A stretch of DNA of 64,000 nt, from positions 7,699 to 71,698 of the forward strand of contig JAEUHT010000166.1 in the NCBI GenBank assembly GCA_016793265.1, in the 5' to 3' direction. Origin of the DNA: Planctomycetota bacterium (GTDB taxonomy: Bacteria; Planctomycetota; UBA1135; UBA2386). Numbering within the stretch: the stretch's first letter is position 1; each line of letters opens with the position of its first letter. Made by a program: the position numbers and the translations under genes. Shown in pieces: positions 63,594-64,000 of the stretch. Under the pieces are notes generated by a model that saw only the letters and a program-made list of their open reading frames with translations, was not told where the DNA came from and made no database searches.

Positions 63594-64000
63594 TCAGCCT
63601 CTCTCCGCCTGCCCACGCGGCTGGCGGGGCAGGTGCAGGTGGAACGTGGTGCCCTGTCCGGGCGTCGATTCGAGGTCGATGCGGCCACCGTGGCGTTGCA
63701 CGATGCCGAAGACGACCGCGAGACCGAGGCCGACGCCGCTCTCCTCGTTCTTGGTGGAGAAGAACGGCTCGAAGATCTGCGGCAGGATGTCCGGTGGGAT
63801 GCCGACGCCGGTGTCGCCGACGTCGATGCAGACCTCGTCGGCGTCGCCGGTGACGCGCACCAACAGCTCGCCACCATCCAGCCCCGGCCCGCGCATCGCC
63901 TCGATGGCGTTCATCAGCAGCGCCAGCAGCCCCTGCTGGATCTGACGGGCGGCGGCGACCATGGGGGGGTCGCCGACGAGCGGCTGGTGGCGCACCTGCA
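63594..64000 (-). CDS. Sensor histidine kinase, C-terminal HATPase_c part (5' end beyond the right edge)
   Basis: N-box LLALLMNAIEA, G1 DTGVGI, FEPFFSTK, G2 GVGLGLAV. The stop lies 3 bp before the NtrC-like start. Confidence 0.85.
   Translation of the reverse strand, partial: QVRHQPLVGDPPMVAAARQIQQGLLALLMNAIEAMRGPGLDGGELLVRVTGDADEVCIDVGDTGVGIPPDILPQIFEPFFSTKNEESGVGLGLAVVFGIVQRHGGRIDLESTPGQGTTFHLHLPRQPRGQAERG

Overview
High-GC bacterial chromosomal window: hand-counted 60-nt lines are mostly about 70-85% GC, with a few stretches near 58-65%. Both strands are densely coding. I can support about 47 protein-coding genes, one tRNA-Arg(UCG) and one tandem repeat. I see no rRNA, CRISPR array, transposase, integrase, phage structural gene, reverse transcriptase or canonical defence system. 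The six-frame track is dominated by long Arg/Ala/Pro-rich shadow ORFs, as expected in high-GC DNA. I picked real genes by family motifs, signal peptides or lipoboxes, GC3-rich codons and start/stop coupling. Content falls into four groups. (1) Housekeeping: gpmI, galK, threonine dehydratase, an Mqn-type radical-SAM enzyme, an FTCD-like cyclodeaminase and a parvulin PPIase. (2) A MoxR-DUF58-transglutaminase operon. (3) Many regulators: two sensor kinases plus one degenerate kinase-like protein, an NtrC-type activator, an ECF sigma and two Ser/Thr-kinase-like proteins. (4) A large set of secreted or lipoprotein hydrolases (M28, tandem retropepsin-like, M12B, HExxH lipoprotein, S46, M54, GHL10) and giant repeat proteins (CarboxypepD_reg array, ELWxxDG repeats). 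The repertoire resembles Planctomycetota- or Myxococcota-like high-GC bacteria, but that is inference only. Best second-look candidates: (i) the minus-strand module 53538-61560, comprising an orphan 1035-aa secreted protein, a Ser/Thr kinase fused to an FGE/SUMF1-like ectodomain and an ELWxxDG repeat protein, convergent with an ECF sigma that has no adjacent anti-sigma; (ii) a ~110-aa C-terminal module shared by otherwise unrelated secreted proteins; (iii) a 108-bp tandem repeat directly 3' of tRNA-Arg in which each unit carries an inverted 18/21-nt copy of the tRNA 3' end; (iv) an unexplained 772-bp lower-GC gap between two convergent gene ends, beside an orphan N6-adenine methyltransferase; (v) a lower-GC divergent gene pair at 47767-51533. 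None of these can be shown to be a new system from sequence alone, so each is offered as a testable hypothesis.
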